A DNA stretch of 64,000 nt, from the NCBI GenBank assembly GCA_041653215.1, contig JBAZFW010000002.1, positions 8,990 through 72,989 on the forward strand. The letters run 5' to 3'. The position numbers and the translations under genes were made by a program. Origin of the DNA: Patescibacteria group bacterium. GTDB lineage: Bacteria; Patescibacteriota; Patescibacteriia; Patescibacteriales; GWC2-42-12. Positions 27,592-37,021 of this stretch are shown one piece after another. Each line of letters begins with the position of its first letter. Position 1 is the stretch's first letter. Under the pieces are notes generated by a model. It was not told the origin of the DNA. It ran no database searches and saw only the letters and a list, made by a program, of their open reading frames with translations.

Positions 27592-29613
27592 ATGAAAAAC
27601 AACGAAATAAAAATAAAACAAGGTTCGTCGAGTTTATCAGAATTTGTGCAACGACCAATCGCTTCTGACGAAGAAGTAGAAGCTTTTGAGGAATATGCCG
27701 AAAATGAAGCGAAAGAAGAGGAAATAAAAGAAAGTTTAACGAGAATTTATCAAGACGATGATGGCAATAGCGTTGATGTAAAAAAAATGATAATTAAGCA
27801 AAAACGCGGCTTACTCTTTAACTTATTTACATTTTTAGTTGTTTTATTTGTTTTTGCTGGCGCAATTTACGGCGCTTATAACTATATTTATTTAAAAATT
27901 ATTAATAGTAAATTATCGGCCACGCTTGAATTTGAAGCTAAAAAGGAAGTGGTGGCTGGTGAAGAATTTTATTATAACTTAAATTACAAAAATGAAGATA
28001 AGGTTAGTTTCGGAAAAATTGAAATAAAAGTTCAGTACCCAGATAATTTTATATTTTTAAGCAGCGAACCAGCACCGACTAAAAATAACAATATTTGGGA
28101 AATAGCTAATCTTGATTCCCATCGCAGCGATGCTATACGCATAAAAGGTAAATTAGCCGGACCGCTAGACTCAAATAATATTATTTTAGCTGACATGGTA
28201 TATACGCCGCAAAATTTTTCTAGTGAATTTAAAAAATCAGCTAGTTTTGAAACGAAAATAAATGACACTGGGCTTGATTTTTCATTTACCAATTCTTCAA
28301 GCGCCGTAGTTAATGAAACTAATGAAATTATAGTAAAATTTAAACCTAAAACTGAAAATTATATTGATAATTTCCGTTTGAATATTGAATATCCTGAAGA
28401 AGTAGAAATAATTAATACTGAATCAACTAGCCAGGCTAGCGCTCAAACAGCTTCAAGTTCACCCGCCGGGCAAGTAAATCCTCCGGTCGGTTTAATAATA
28501 GCTTCAAGCAACCAAAACACTTGGCTTTTAAGCAACTTTAATAAGGACGGCAATGAATTTAAAATTAAATTTAAAATTAAAGAAAAAAAACAGCCAAACC
28601 TTAATATTAAGTTAAAATTTGAATTACCGGAACAAACTTCTGATTCATCAGGCGAGCAGGCGAATTTACCAATAAAATATCATTCTTTTTATGAAAAAGA
28701 TTTTATTTACGATGTGATTAAGGGAGATTTAAATATAAATTTAATAATTAATGGCTCAGCGCTTGATCAAGGCACAGATTTCGGGAAAACTTTAAATTAC
28801 TCAATTAATTATGCCAATAAGGGAGACGCCGCCATGAAAGATGTTATATTAATGGTGATTTTAGAGAGCGATTTTCTGGATTGGCAAACTTTAAGCGATC
28901 AAAGTAAAGGAGCGTTAAGCGGCAATACTATTAGTTGGAGTAAGCAAGAGATTCCAGCTTTAGCTGAACTAGCTAGTGGCGCTGAAGGCGTGATTGATTT
29001 CTCAATAAAATTAAAGAACCAATCTGATATTGATTTGAGTAAAGTCTATCAAGTTAAAAGCTATGTGCAATATAGTATTGAGGGTAAAAGCGTTTCAGCC
29101 GACAGCCAAAGCAACACTATAATTAATAAAATCAACAGCGATTTAAATTTATCGGAACAAGTAAGATATTTTAATGATGATAATATTGCGGTTGGTTCAG
29201 GGCCTTTACCGCCTAAAGTTGGTCAAAGCACTAGTTTAAAAGTTTATTGGTCAATCAATAATAATTTACATGAATTAAATGATTTACAAGTTAGAGTAAC
29301 CTTACCGGCTAATGTAAGATGGGACAATAAAAATAGAACGTCTTATGGATCATTAAATTATGATAGCCAAACCAATCAAGTTATCTGGCAACTAGGCCGT
29401 TTACCGACTACGGTTTATAAAGCTGACGCCGAATTTAATGTAAGCGTTAATCCGGCCGAATCTGACAGAAATAAAATTATGATAATTTTACCCGGAACTA
29501 ATATAACTGCCATAGATACTGAAACCGGCGTGCAAATTAATAAAACCTTAAAAGCTAAAACTACTAAACTAGAAGATGATAATATGGCCAGTGGCGATGG
29601 CATTATAGAATAA
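27592..29613 (+). CDS. Membrane-anchored surface protein with DUF11/CARDB-like beta-sandwich repeats
   Basis: An acidic N-terminus and one TM helix, then repeated modules resembling the conserved-repeat-domain pattern (LNYSINYANKGDAAMKDVILMVIL; YNLNYKNEDKVSFGKIEIKVQYP). Confidence 0.4.
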   Translation: MKNNEIKIKQGSSSLSEFVQRPIASDEEVEAFEEYAENEAKEEEIKESLTRIYQDDDGNSVDVKKMIIKQKRGLLFNLFTFLVVLFVFAGAIYGAYNYIYLKIINSKLSATLEFEAKKEVVAGEEFYYNLNYKNEDKVSFGKIEIKVQYPDNFIFLSSEPAPTKNNNIWEIANLDSHRSDAIRIKGKLAGPLDSNNIILADMVYTPQNFSSEFKKSASFETKINDTGLDFSFTNSSSAVVNETNEIIVKFKPKTENYIDNFRLNIEYPEEVEIINTESTSQASAQTASSSPAGQVNPPVGLIIASSNQNTWLLSNFNKDGNEFKIKFKIKEKKQPNLNIKLKFELPEQTSDSSGEQANLPIKYHSFYEKDFIYDVIKGDLNINLIINGSALDQGTDFGKTLNYSINYANKGDAAMKDVILMVILESDFLDWQTLSDQSKGALSGNTISWSKQEIPALAELASGAEGVIDFSIKLKNQSDIDLSKVYQVKSYVQYSIEGKSVSADSQSNTIINKINSDLNLSEQVRYFNDDNIAVGSGPLPPKVGQSTSLKVYWSINNNLHELNDLQVRVTLPANVRWDNKNRTSYGSLNYDSQTNQVIWQLGRLPTTVYKADAEFNVSVNPAESDRNKIMIILPGTNITAIDTETGVQINKTLKAKTTKLEDDNMASGDGIIE

Positions 29614-29626
29614 AGTTGATTTGAGT

Positions 29627-30823
29627 ATGTTTAAAATAGTAAAAAAATCTAAAATTTCTAAGGCTAGGCTTGGCATTATACAAACTCCACACGGTAAAAT
29701 TGAGACACCTGTTTTTATGCCAGACGCTACCAGGGGAGTAATAAAACATTTAAGCGTCCAAGATTTAAATAATCTGGGTTTAGAATGTTTAGTAGCTAAT
29801 ACTTTCCATTTATTTTTACGCCCGGGCACTAAATTAATTAAAAAAACTAACGGCTTACATAATTTTATAAATTGGCAAAAACCGATTTTAACCGATAGCG
29901 GCGGCTACCAGGTTTTTTCTTTAATTCATAAACCCCCGCACCTGCAAGCAAGTGCGGGGGCAAATTCTACGTCTAAATATAGGTGTGGGGGTGAAAACGG
30001 CTCGCAAGGTTTAATTAATGATAATGGAGCGATTTTTAAATCTCCGCTTGATGGCGCTAAATTAAAAATGACGCCTGAGCTATCCATTAAAACGCAGTTT
30101 GAATTAGGAGTTGATATGATAGTTTGCTTTGATGATTGTCCGCCTAATAGTTATAGCGATAAAATGATAACTATTGCGGTTGAACGAACGATAAAATGGG
30201 CGACCCGATGCAGGCGTGAATACGATAAGCAAGTTAAATTATTAAAAAATAAAAAAAATAAACCATTATTATTTGCTGTTATCCAGGGCGGCGATAATTT
30301 AAAATTAAGAAAACGGTGCGCTAGAGAACTTAATAAAATTGGTTTTGATGGTTTTGGTTTCGGCGCAAGACATATTGATGAATCTGGAAACTTTTTGACC
30401 GAAGCTTTAGAATATACAGCCGAGCAAATCCCGGAAAATAAATTACGTTTTGGTTTAGGTATTGGTACGCCTGAAGATATTTTAAAATCCATTAAATTAG
30501 GTTGGGATATGTTTGATTGCGTCATTCCAACAAGAGAAGGCAGGCATGGCAAACTTTTTTTAAAAAAAGGATCAATAAGTAAAAATAATAATAAATTTTA
30601 TAGTGCTATAAATATTACTAATGCTAAATTCATTAAAGATTTTTCGCCAATTAACAAAAATAGTAAATTAGTTGAATTACGACAATATTCTAAAGCTTAC
30701 CTTAATTACTTATTTAAAATTAACGAACCGCTAGCCTTAAGGTTGGCCAGCTTGAATAATCTTGAATTTTATCTTAATATTATAAGTGAAGTTAAGGGTT
30801 TAATTAAACAAAATAAAATTTAA
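29627..30823 (+). CDS. tgt: tRNA-guanine transglycosylase family protein (divergent, no Zn site)
   Basis: TPVFMPDAT, ANTFHLFLRPG, LTDSGGYQVFS, FDDC and WDMFDCVIPTR match Tgt. The CxCxxC...H ligands and GGLAVGE are not conserved (see findings). The start was set at the ATG at 29627. Confidence 0.7.
   Translation: MFKIVKKSKISKARLGIIQTPHGKIETPVFMPDATRGVIKHLSVQDLNNLGLECLVANTFHLFLRPGTKLIKKTNGLHNFINWQKPILTDSGGYQVFSLIHKPPHLQASAGANSTSKYRCGGENGSQGLINDNGAIFKSPLDGAKLKMTPELSIKTQFELGVDMIVCFDDCPPNSYSDKMITIAVERTIKWATRCRREYDKQVKLLKNKKNKPLLFAVIQGGDNLKLRKRCARELNKIGFDGFGFGARHIDESGNFLTEALEYTAEQIPENKLRFGLGIGTPEDILKSIKLGWDMFDCVIPTREGRHGKLFLKKGSISKNNNKFYSAINITNAKFIKDFSPINKNSKLVELRQYSKAYLNYLFKINEPLALRLASLNNLEFYLNIISEVKGLIKQNKI
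29932..29992. repeat. Composite GC-rich hairpin element inside the tgt CDS
   Basis: acccccgcacc (29932-29942), gtgcggggg (29952-29960) and ggtgtgggggt (29982-29992). The last 11-mer is identical to the right arm at 15382-15392. Confidence 0.75.
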
Positions 30824-30892
30824 TATAAAATAATTTAATTTACAAATTAAACTAATTAAATTAAAAGAGGATTTAATTAGGTACAAACATCT

Positions 30893-33307
30893 ATGGAAGA
30901 AAAAAAGATTGTTTCCAAACATCAAATAGCGACTACTAAAAGTTTGGACTTTATTATTGTCGGTACGATTTTTTTAGTGTTTTTTCTCTGCCCATTATTT
31001 TTTACCGGTATGGTAGCTCAAAATATTGGCTTTGAAAAAATAATGTTGTTTTATTTCCTAGTCTTATTAGGCGCGGTTGCCTGGGTGACTAAGGCTGTCG
31101 TTGTGGGCGAACTTAACATTAAAAGAACGCCGCTTGATTGGCCGATTGTCGGTCTTTTAATTATTTTCATTACTTCTACTGTTTTATCAATTAGTCAAAA
31201 AGATAGTTTATTGGGGACTTACGGCAATCAATCAAGAAGTTTAGCCGCTATTTTAATCTTCGTGCTCTTTTATTATTTAGTAATAAATAATATTGATCAA
31301 AAAAGAATTAAATTATTATTTTGGGGAATAATCGGTTCTACATCCCTAATAACAATTTTTTCCCTTTTACAGCTTTTCGAGAAATTTATTCTACCGATAG
31401 CTTCTACTAAGGGCGCTAGTTTTAATCCTTTAGGGTCTTTATCCGGCTTAACTATGTATTTAGCTATGACTTTGCCAATATTAGTAATTGGCATGGCGCA
31501 ACTAGCGGAAATTCACCCCGGCTTAACAAATAAAGTCGTTAAGATAGCTATAAAAGTATTTTTAGGCGTAATAATTTTATTGTCATTATTAGTTCTAACA
31601 CTTCTTAACGGTTTTACATTTTGGCCGGCGGCTATTGTTGGTATAGTTATTGTTCTAATGTTTTTGCTTTCAAAGATTATAAAAATTTCCAACTCAAACA
31701 TTGTAATACCTGTCGCCACTTTCTTACTCTTAATAATTCTTCTGGTTTTAGGGAATTTTAATATAATGAGTTTAAATTTACCGGTTGAAGTAAGTTTATC
31801 TAGACAAATTTCTTTTAACATCGCTAAAGCCAGCCTAAAGGATAACCCGCTCTTAGGCTCAGGTCCATCAACTTTTTATTATAGTTTTGATAAATACAAA
31901 AGCGCTGACTTTAACGCTTCGCCTTTATGGAGCACAAAATTTAATAACGCTTCAGGTTATTTATTTGAAATAGCGGCCACGGTCGGCAGTTTAGGCGTTT
32001 TAGCAATCATAATTATAGCTTTAGTCGCTTTATCAATTTGTTTCTTAACTTTAATTAAAGTGCAAAAAAATGATACTCAATCAATTCTCTTATCGTTGTT
32101 CTCAAGTTTCATTATGGTTATCATTTTTGGTTTATTGTTCTCAATTGATAATTCGCTAATTTTAATTTCAACTTTAATTGCGATTTTAGCTGTATCAATG
32201 GCAATTGTTAATTACCCGGAGAAATTTAAAACTTTAAATTTATCATTTAGAGCCTCTCCTAAATATGCTTTAGCCCTAGCCGCTATTTTCTTAAGTTTAA
32301 GCGCCGGTGTAGTTATTCTGTTTACTATGGGATTAAAAATGTATTTAGCGGATTTTTATGTTATGCAATCGGTTAATGCTTCCGACATTAACCAAAAAAT
32401 AGAAAAAATTAATAAAGCTATTACTTTAGCGCCTTACCAAGATATTTATTATATAAATTTAGCTAACTACTATATGGCCTTAGCTAACCAGGAAGCCACC
32501 GGCGCTAAAAATCAAACTATAATAGAAAATAGCTTAGCTTCAGCGATTGATATGGGTAAAAAAGCTTTAGCTTTATCACCTAATAGCACTAGCAACACTG
32601 AATCTATGGCCTTAATTTATGAAAATGCTTCTTTTTATGTTCAGGGAGCGCTAGAATGGGCAGAAAATTTATATAATAAATCCATAGAATTATCACCTGA
32701 TAGCCCAACGCCTTATCTAAGAATGGCTTTAATAAATATGGCGCGAGCCAATGCGGAAAAGGATAAAACTCAACAAGAATATTATATAAATGAAGCCATT
32801 AAAAAATACGATTTAGCTTTAACTAAAAAGGCTGACTTAAGCGCGGCTAATTATGGTAAAGGCATAGCTTATGAAAAGTTAAATAACATAGAGGGAGCTA
32901 TAGAAGAATTAAAAAAAGCGGTTATTTCGACTAATGAAAATATTGACTATCGATTTGAATTAGGCAGGCTTTATTTTAATCGTGGCGCGGCTAACCCTGG
33001 TATAGCTCAAACTGCTCCAGAAAATATAACTGAAGGCAACGAAGCTAACCAAGATTTAAGCGTTTCCGGCCAAGCTGGTGGCACCATAAAGAAAAATGAT
33101 GACATAGCAACTGCCGAACAGTTATTTTTAAGCATTTTGCAAGCTAATCCGAATCATGCTAACGCTCTTTACAGCTTAGCTATGATTTATCAGAAAACCG
33201 GAGAAACTGATAATGCAAAAGCGGTTGTTAAACAATTATTAACCGTAGTGGCCTCAGATCAGGCGTCGGTTGATATTGTTCAAAAACAATTTCCTGGATT
33301 ATATTAA
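30893..33307 (+). CDS. Polytopic membrane protein (O-antigen ligase/polymerase-like) with C-terminal TPR repeats
   Basis: About 12 TM helices followed by about 300 aa of TPR-like repeats (YYMALANQ, ALSPNS, ELSPDSPTPYL, NYGKGIAYEKLNNIEGAIEELKKA, LYSLAMIYQKTGETDNA). Confidence 0.5.
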   Translation: MEEKKIVSKHQIATTKSLDFIIVGTIFLVFFLCPLFFTGMVAQNIGFEKIMLFYFLVLLGAVAWVTKAVVVGELNIKRTPLDWPIVGLLIIFITSTVLSISQKDSLLGTYGNQSRSLAAILIFVLFYYLVINNIDQKRIKLLFWGIIGSTSLITIFSLLQLFEKFILPIASTKGASFNPLGSLSGLTMYLAMTLPILVIGMAQLAEIHPGLTNKVVKIAIKVFLGVIILLSLLVLTLLNGFTFWPAAIVGIVIVLMFLLSKIIKISNSNIVIPVATFLLLIILLVLGNFNIMSLNLPVEVSLSRQISFNIAKASLKDNPLLGSGPSTFYYSFDKYKSADFNASPLWSTKFNNASGYLFEIAATVGSLGVLAIIIIALVALSICFLTLIKVQKNDTQSILLSLFSSFIMVIIFGLLFSIDNSLILISTLIAILAVSMAIVNYPEKFKTLNLSFRASPKYALALAAIFLSLSAGVVILFTMGLKMYLADFYVMQSVNASDINQKIEKINKAITLAPYQDIYYINLANYYMALANQEATGAKNQTIIENSLASAIDMGKKALALSPNSTSNTESMALIYENASFYVQGALEWAENLYNKSIELSPDSPTPYLRMALINMARANAEKDKTQQEYYINEAIKKYDLALTKKADLSAANYGKGIAYEKLNNIEGAIEELKKAVISTNENIDYRFELGRLYFNRGAANPGIAQTAPENITEGNEANQDLSVSGQAGGTIKKNDDIATAEQLFLSILQANPNHANALYSLAMIYQKTGETDNAKAVVKQLLTVVASDQASVDIVQKQFPGLY

Positions 33308-33402
33308 TTAGACAAAAAACTATAAAAAGCTGGACTTCACGGTTCAGCTTTTTTTATTTTTTGAATTTGCTTTTTTGTTTTTTTTATACTATAAATTAAG
33401 TT

Positions 33403-34491
33403 ATGGTTAAAATAAAAACTAATAAAAAATTAAAAATTGCTGTAGCAATGTCTGGCGGAGTTGATTCATCGGTTGCGGCGAAACTATTAAAAGATCAAGG
33501 GCATGAAGTCATTGGTATTTTTTTGCATTTTTGGAAAGAACCAGGCGATAATGGCAATTTTGAGAATAAATGCTGTTCGGCTGAAGCTTTATTAGACGCT
33601 CGTAGAGTAGCGACTAAAATTGGCATACCGCTTTATACTTTAAATTTTGCAAAAACATTTAAGAAGCAAATAGTCAATAATTTTTTGGATGAATATAAAA
33701 AAGGTAAAACGCCTAACCCTTGCGTTAGATGTAATAAATTAGTTAAACTTGGCTTTTTAATAAAGCAAGCTAAAAAATTAGGTTTTGATTTTGTGGCTTC
33801 AGGACATTATGTTAGTTTAAAAGAAAAAAACAAAAAATTTATTATGCAGGCGGCTAAAGATAAAACTAAAGATCAGTCATACTTTCTATATACTTTTAAT
33901 CAAAAAGAATTGGCTCATCTATTATTTCCTTTAGGCGGCTACACTAAAAAACAAGTTAGACAATTAGCAAAAAAATTTAAATTACCAGTGGCTGAAAAAA
34001 AGGAAAGCCAGGAAATTTGTTTTATCCCAGACAAAAATCATAATGAATTTCTAAAAAGACATTTAAAATTAAAACCGGGTAAAATTAAAACCATAGATGG
34101 AAAAGTTGTTGGTTCACATCTTGGCTTACCGTTTTATACAATCGGGCAAAGAAAGGGGATAGAAATTGGCGGTACCGGACCTTATTATGCGGCTAAAATG
34201 GATTATAAAAAAAATATTTTATACGTTGTTAGCGACGGTAATGATAAAATTTTATATAGCGACAAGCTAATCGCTAAAAATGTAAATTGGCTTTTAGATG
34301 ATAAGCTGAAATTTCCGCTAAACTGCCAGGCGGTAATACGTTATCGACATAAACCAGTAGAGTGCGTTGTTACGAAAAATAAAGTTAATTATCAAGTTAA
34401 ATTTAAAGAGGCTCAAAGAGCTATCACGCCCGGACAAAGCGTGGTATTCTATAAGAAAGACGAGGTGTTGGGCGGGGGGATTATAATTTAA
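33403..34491 (+). CDS. mnmA: tRNA-specific 2-thiouridylase MnmA
   Basis: PP-loop VAMSGGVDSSVAA, the catalytic Cys context NPCVRCN, SGHY and KDQSYFL. Confidence 0.9.
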   Translation: MVKIKTNKKLKIAVAMSGGVDSSVAAKLLKDQGHEVIGIFLHFWKEPGDNGNFENKCCSAEALLDARRVATKIGIPLYTLNFAKTFKKQIVNNFLDEYKKGKTPNPCVRCNKLVKLGFLIKQAKKLGFDFVASGHYVSLKEKNKKFIMQAAKDKTKDQSYFLYTFNQKELAHLLFPLGGYTKKQVRQLAKKFKLPVAEKKESQEICFIPDKNHNEFLKRHLKLKPGKIKTIDGKVVGSHLGLPFYTIGQRKGIEIGGTGPYYAAKMDYKKNILYVVSDGNDKILYSDKLIAKNVNWLLDDKLKFPLNCQAVIRYRHKPVECVVTKNKVNYQVKFKEAQRAITPGQSVVFYKKDEVLGGGIII

Positions 34492-34492
34492 C

Positions 34493-34521
34493 TTGACGAA
34501 AAATAAAATTAATAATATAGT
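34493..34521 (+). promoter_or_regulatory. Sigma70-type promoter TTGACG-17-TATAGT
   Basis: ttgacg at 34493-34498, a 17-nt spacer and tatagt at 34516-34521. It is upstream of the response regulator gene. Confidence 0.5.
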
Positions 34522-34584
34522 TATTTGTTCTTTACAGTGTAACAAAAAATAAAAATAAATTATTTTTTTGGGGGGTGGGGCAAA

Positions 34585-34980
34585 ATGAAAAAAATTATTT
34601 TGGCTGTCGATGATGACAGAAATGATCGAGAATTATTGAAGCTATATTTGGAATATTCTTTTAAAAAATGCCCATCCCTAGAAAAAAATATGCCTTTCAT
34701 TAGAATAGCAAAAGACGGGGAAGACGCATGGGATATTCTAACTAAAGAAAAAGTTACACCAAATGTAATGATAGTTGACTATAAGATGACGGGAATGAAT
34801 GGGGTTGAATTAATAAAAAAGACTAAGGGCGAGCTTGGAATTAATCCAATATTCGTAATTTGCAGCGATCATTCTTTGGCTGAAACTGAAGCAAGAGAAG
34901 CAAACTGCATGTTTGTAAAAAAAGGGGAAAGGGAAAAATTCCGACAACTAACCGAAAAAATTAGATTATTTATTCCCTAA
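34585..34980 (+). CDS. Stand-alone response-regulator receiver domain (CheY-like)
   Basis: ILAVDDD acidic pocket, phospho-acceptor context MIVDYKMTGMNG, and 131 aa with no output domain. It is preceded by the G-rich ggggggtgggg 4 nt upstream of the ATG. Confidence 0.75.
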   Translation: MKKIILAVDDDRNDRELLKLYLEYSFKKCPSLEKNMPFIRIAKDGEDAWDILTKEKVTPNVMIVDYKMTGMNGVELIKKTKGELGINPIFVICSDHSLAETEAREANCMFVKKGEREKFRQLTEKIRLFIP

Positions 34981-35002
34981 CCGCGAACAAATGTGTTATC
35001 TT

Positions 35003-35031
35003 AAGCGCTTAGTAATTTAAGCGCTTTTTTT
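35003..35031 (+). terminator. Intrinsic terminator
   Basis: aagcgctt-agtaattt-aagcgctt followed by ttttt. Confidence 0.6.
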
Positions 35032-35033
35032 AT

Positions 35034-35062
35034 TTGCCAAAATTAAACATTTTTTATATACT
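35034..35062 (+). promoter_or_regulatory. Sigma70-type promoter TTGCCA-17-TATACT
   Basis: ttgcca at 35034-35039 and tatact at 35057-35062. Only 9 nt separate the -10 from the alaS ATG at 35072. Confidence 0.5.
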
Positions 35063-35071
35063 GAAAACATT

Positions 35072-36955
35072 ATGACTTCTAACGAATTACGAAAAAAATA
35101 TTTAGATTTTTTTAAAGAGCATGGGCATGCAATTATCCCAAGCGCTTCTTTAATTCCTGATAATGATCCTACGGTTTTATTTACTACTGCCGGTATGCAT
35201 CCGCTTGTGCCATATTTAATGGGTGAAAAACATCCGTCCGGAGCTCGTTTAACTGATGTGCAAAAATGCATCCGTACTTCAGATATTGATGAAGTTGGCG
35301 ATTCAACGCACCATACTTTTTTTGAAATGCTTGGTAATTGGTCGTTAGGCGATTATTTTAAAGAAGAAGCTATAAAGATGAGCTGGGAATTTTTAACTTC
35401 ACCTAAGTGGCTTAATCTTGATAAAAACAGATTAGCGGTTTCGGTCTTTACTGGAGATGACGATGCGCCGTTTGACCAGGAAGCTTTTGATATTTGGAAA
35501 AAATTAGGTATGTCAGAAGAACGCATTGCAAAACTACCTAAAAAAAATAATTGGTGGGGACCAGCCGGAATAACTGGGCCATGCGGTCCGGACACGGAAA
35601 TGTTTTATTGGGTAGGCGATCCTGAAAAAGTGCCAACCAGTTTTAATGACGATAACCCGCTATGGGTAGAAATTTGGAATGACGTCTTTATGCAGTATAA
35701 TAAAACGACAGACGGAACCTACGAACCATTAAAACAAAAAAATGTTGATACTGGCATGGGCATGGAAAGAGTTCTAGCGGCACTTAACGGTTTTGATGAT
35801 AATTATAAAACTGAATTATTCAAAAATTTAATTTTTAGAATAGAAAATTTATCTGGCAAAAATTATGACGATTCGCCAGAAATAAAAAAAGCTATGCGCA
35901 TTATCGCCGATCATCTAAAGGCCGCGACGTTTATTATGGGCGATGATAAGGGAATTGGCCCGTCTAACACTGACCGAGGCTATATTGTCCGCCGTTTAAT
36001 CAGACGCGCCATAAGATATGGCCGCCAATTAGGCATTACTGAATCACCATGGACTAAAGAAATTGCTAAAATTGTTGCTCATGATTACGCTCTTGTTTAT
36101 CCTGAACTACAAAAAAATATAAATAGAGTGATTGAACAATTTAAAGAAGAAGAAATAAAATTTGGGAAAACATTAGAGCAGGGTTTAAAAGAATTTGAAA
36201 AGATGAAACCTAAATTTACTGCTGTTAGTCCTTTCGCAAAAACTGGAATAATAGAATATGGCTGGAGTGGTAATAAATTATTTAATTTATATGCGACCTA
36301 CGGATTTCCAATAGAATTAAGCATTGAGGAAATAAAAAAATTATATAGAGATTTTAAAACTGAAAAAGGTATTACAATTCCAATTGTAGAATTACCAAAA
36401 GAAGACGAAGAAAGACTAACTCGTGAATTTCATATATCTTTAGAAAAACATCAAGACCTTTCCCGCACAGCTTCAGCCGGAATGTTTAAAGGTGGATTGG
36501 CTGATGCAAGCGAGGCTACGATTAAATATCATACAGCCGCCCATTTATTACTCGCTTCTTTAAGAAAAGTTTTAGGCGATCATGTTGTCCAAAAAGGAAG
36601 TAATATTACGGCCGAACGTTTACGCTTTGATTTCGCGCATCAAGAAAAAATGACCGATGAAGAAAAGAAAAAAGTTGAAGATATGGTAAACCAGGCGATA
36701 AAAGATAAATTAAATGTCAGCTGCGAAGAAATGACACTTGATGAAGCCAGAGAAAAGGGCGCTCATGGTATTTTTGATGCTAAATATGGAGAAAAAGTAA
36801 ATATTTATACAATCGGCGATGAAAAATTATATTTCAGTAAAGAAATTTGTGGCGGTCCACATGTTAAAAATACTGCAGAATTAGGACAATTTAAAATACA
36901 AAAGGAAGAAAGTTCAAGCTCAGGGGTAAGAAGAATTAAGGCAATTTTACAATAA
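35072..36955 (+). CDS. alaS: Alanine--tRNA ligase, short form lacking the C-Ala domain
   Basis: FTTAGMHP, WGPAGITGPCGPDTEMFY, EIWNDVFMQYN, PSNTDRGYIVRRLIRRA, and the editing-site motifs HTAAHLL and CGGPHV. It ends about 30 aa after CGGPHV (627 aa). Confidence 0.9.
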   Translation: MTSNELRKKYLDFFKEHGHAIIPSASLIPDNDPTVLFTTAGMHPLVPYLMGEKHPSGARLTDVQKCIRTSDIDEVGDSTHHTFFEMLGNWSLGDYFKEEAIKMSWEFLTSPKWLNLDKNRLAVSVFTGDDDAPFDQEAFDIWKKLGMSEERIAKLPKKNNWWGPAGITGPCGPDTEMFYWVGDPEKVPTSFNDDNPLWVEIWNDVFMQYNKTTDGTYEPLKQKNVDTGMGMERVLAALNGFDDNYKTELFKNLIFRIENLSGKNYDDSPEIKKAMRIIADHLKAATFIMGDDKGIGPSNTDRGYIVRRLIRRAIRYGRQLGITESPWTKEIAKIVAHDYALVYPELQKNINRVIEQFKEEEIKFGKTLEQGLKEFEKMKPKFTAVSPFAKTGIIEYGWSGNKLFNLYATYGFPIELSIEEIKKLYRDFKTEKGITIPIVELPKEDEERLTREFHISLEKHQDLSRTASAGMFKGGLADASEATIKYHTAAHLLLASLRKVLGDHVVQKGSNITAERLRFDFAHQEKMTDEEKKKVEDMVNQAIKDKLNVSCEEMTLDEAREKGAHGIFDAKYGEKVNIYTIGDEKLYFSKEICGGPHVKNTAELGQFKIQKEESSSSGVRRIKAILQ

Positions 36956-37021
36956 AATTTAGCTAATATTAAATTAAATATTGAAAAAAATCACTAAATT
37001 TAATTTTAAGGCGGATAACTC

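Noticed and set aside
34570-34580. G-run ggggggtgggg before the response regulator as a relic arm of the ACCCCCACACC hairpin family
   Set aside because: It only partly resembles ggtgtgggggt, and there is no complementary C-rich arm nearby. Its position 4 nt upstream of the ATG fits an SD-like role equally well.
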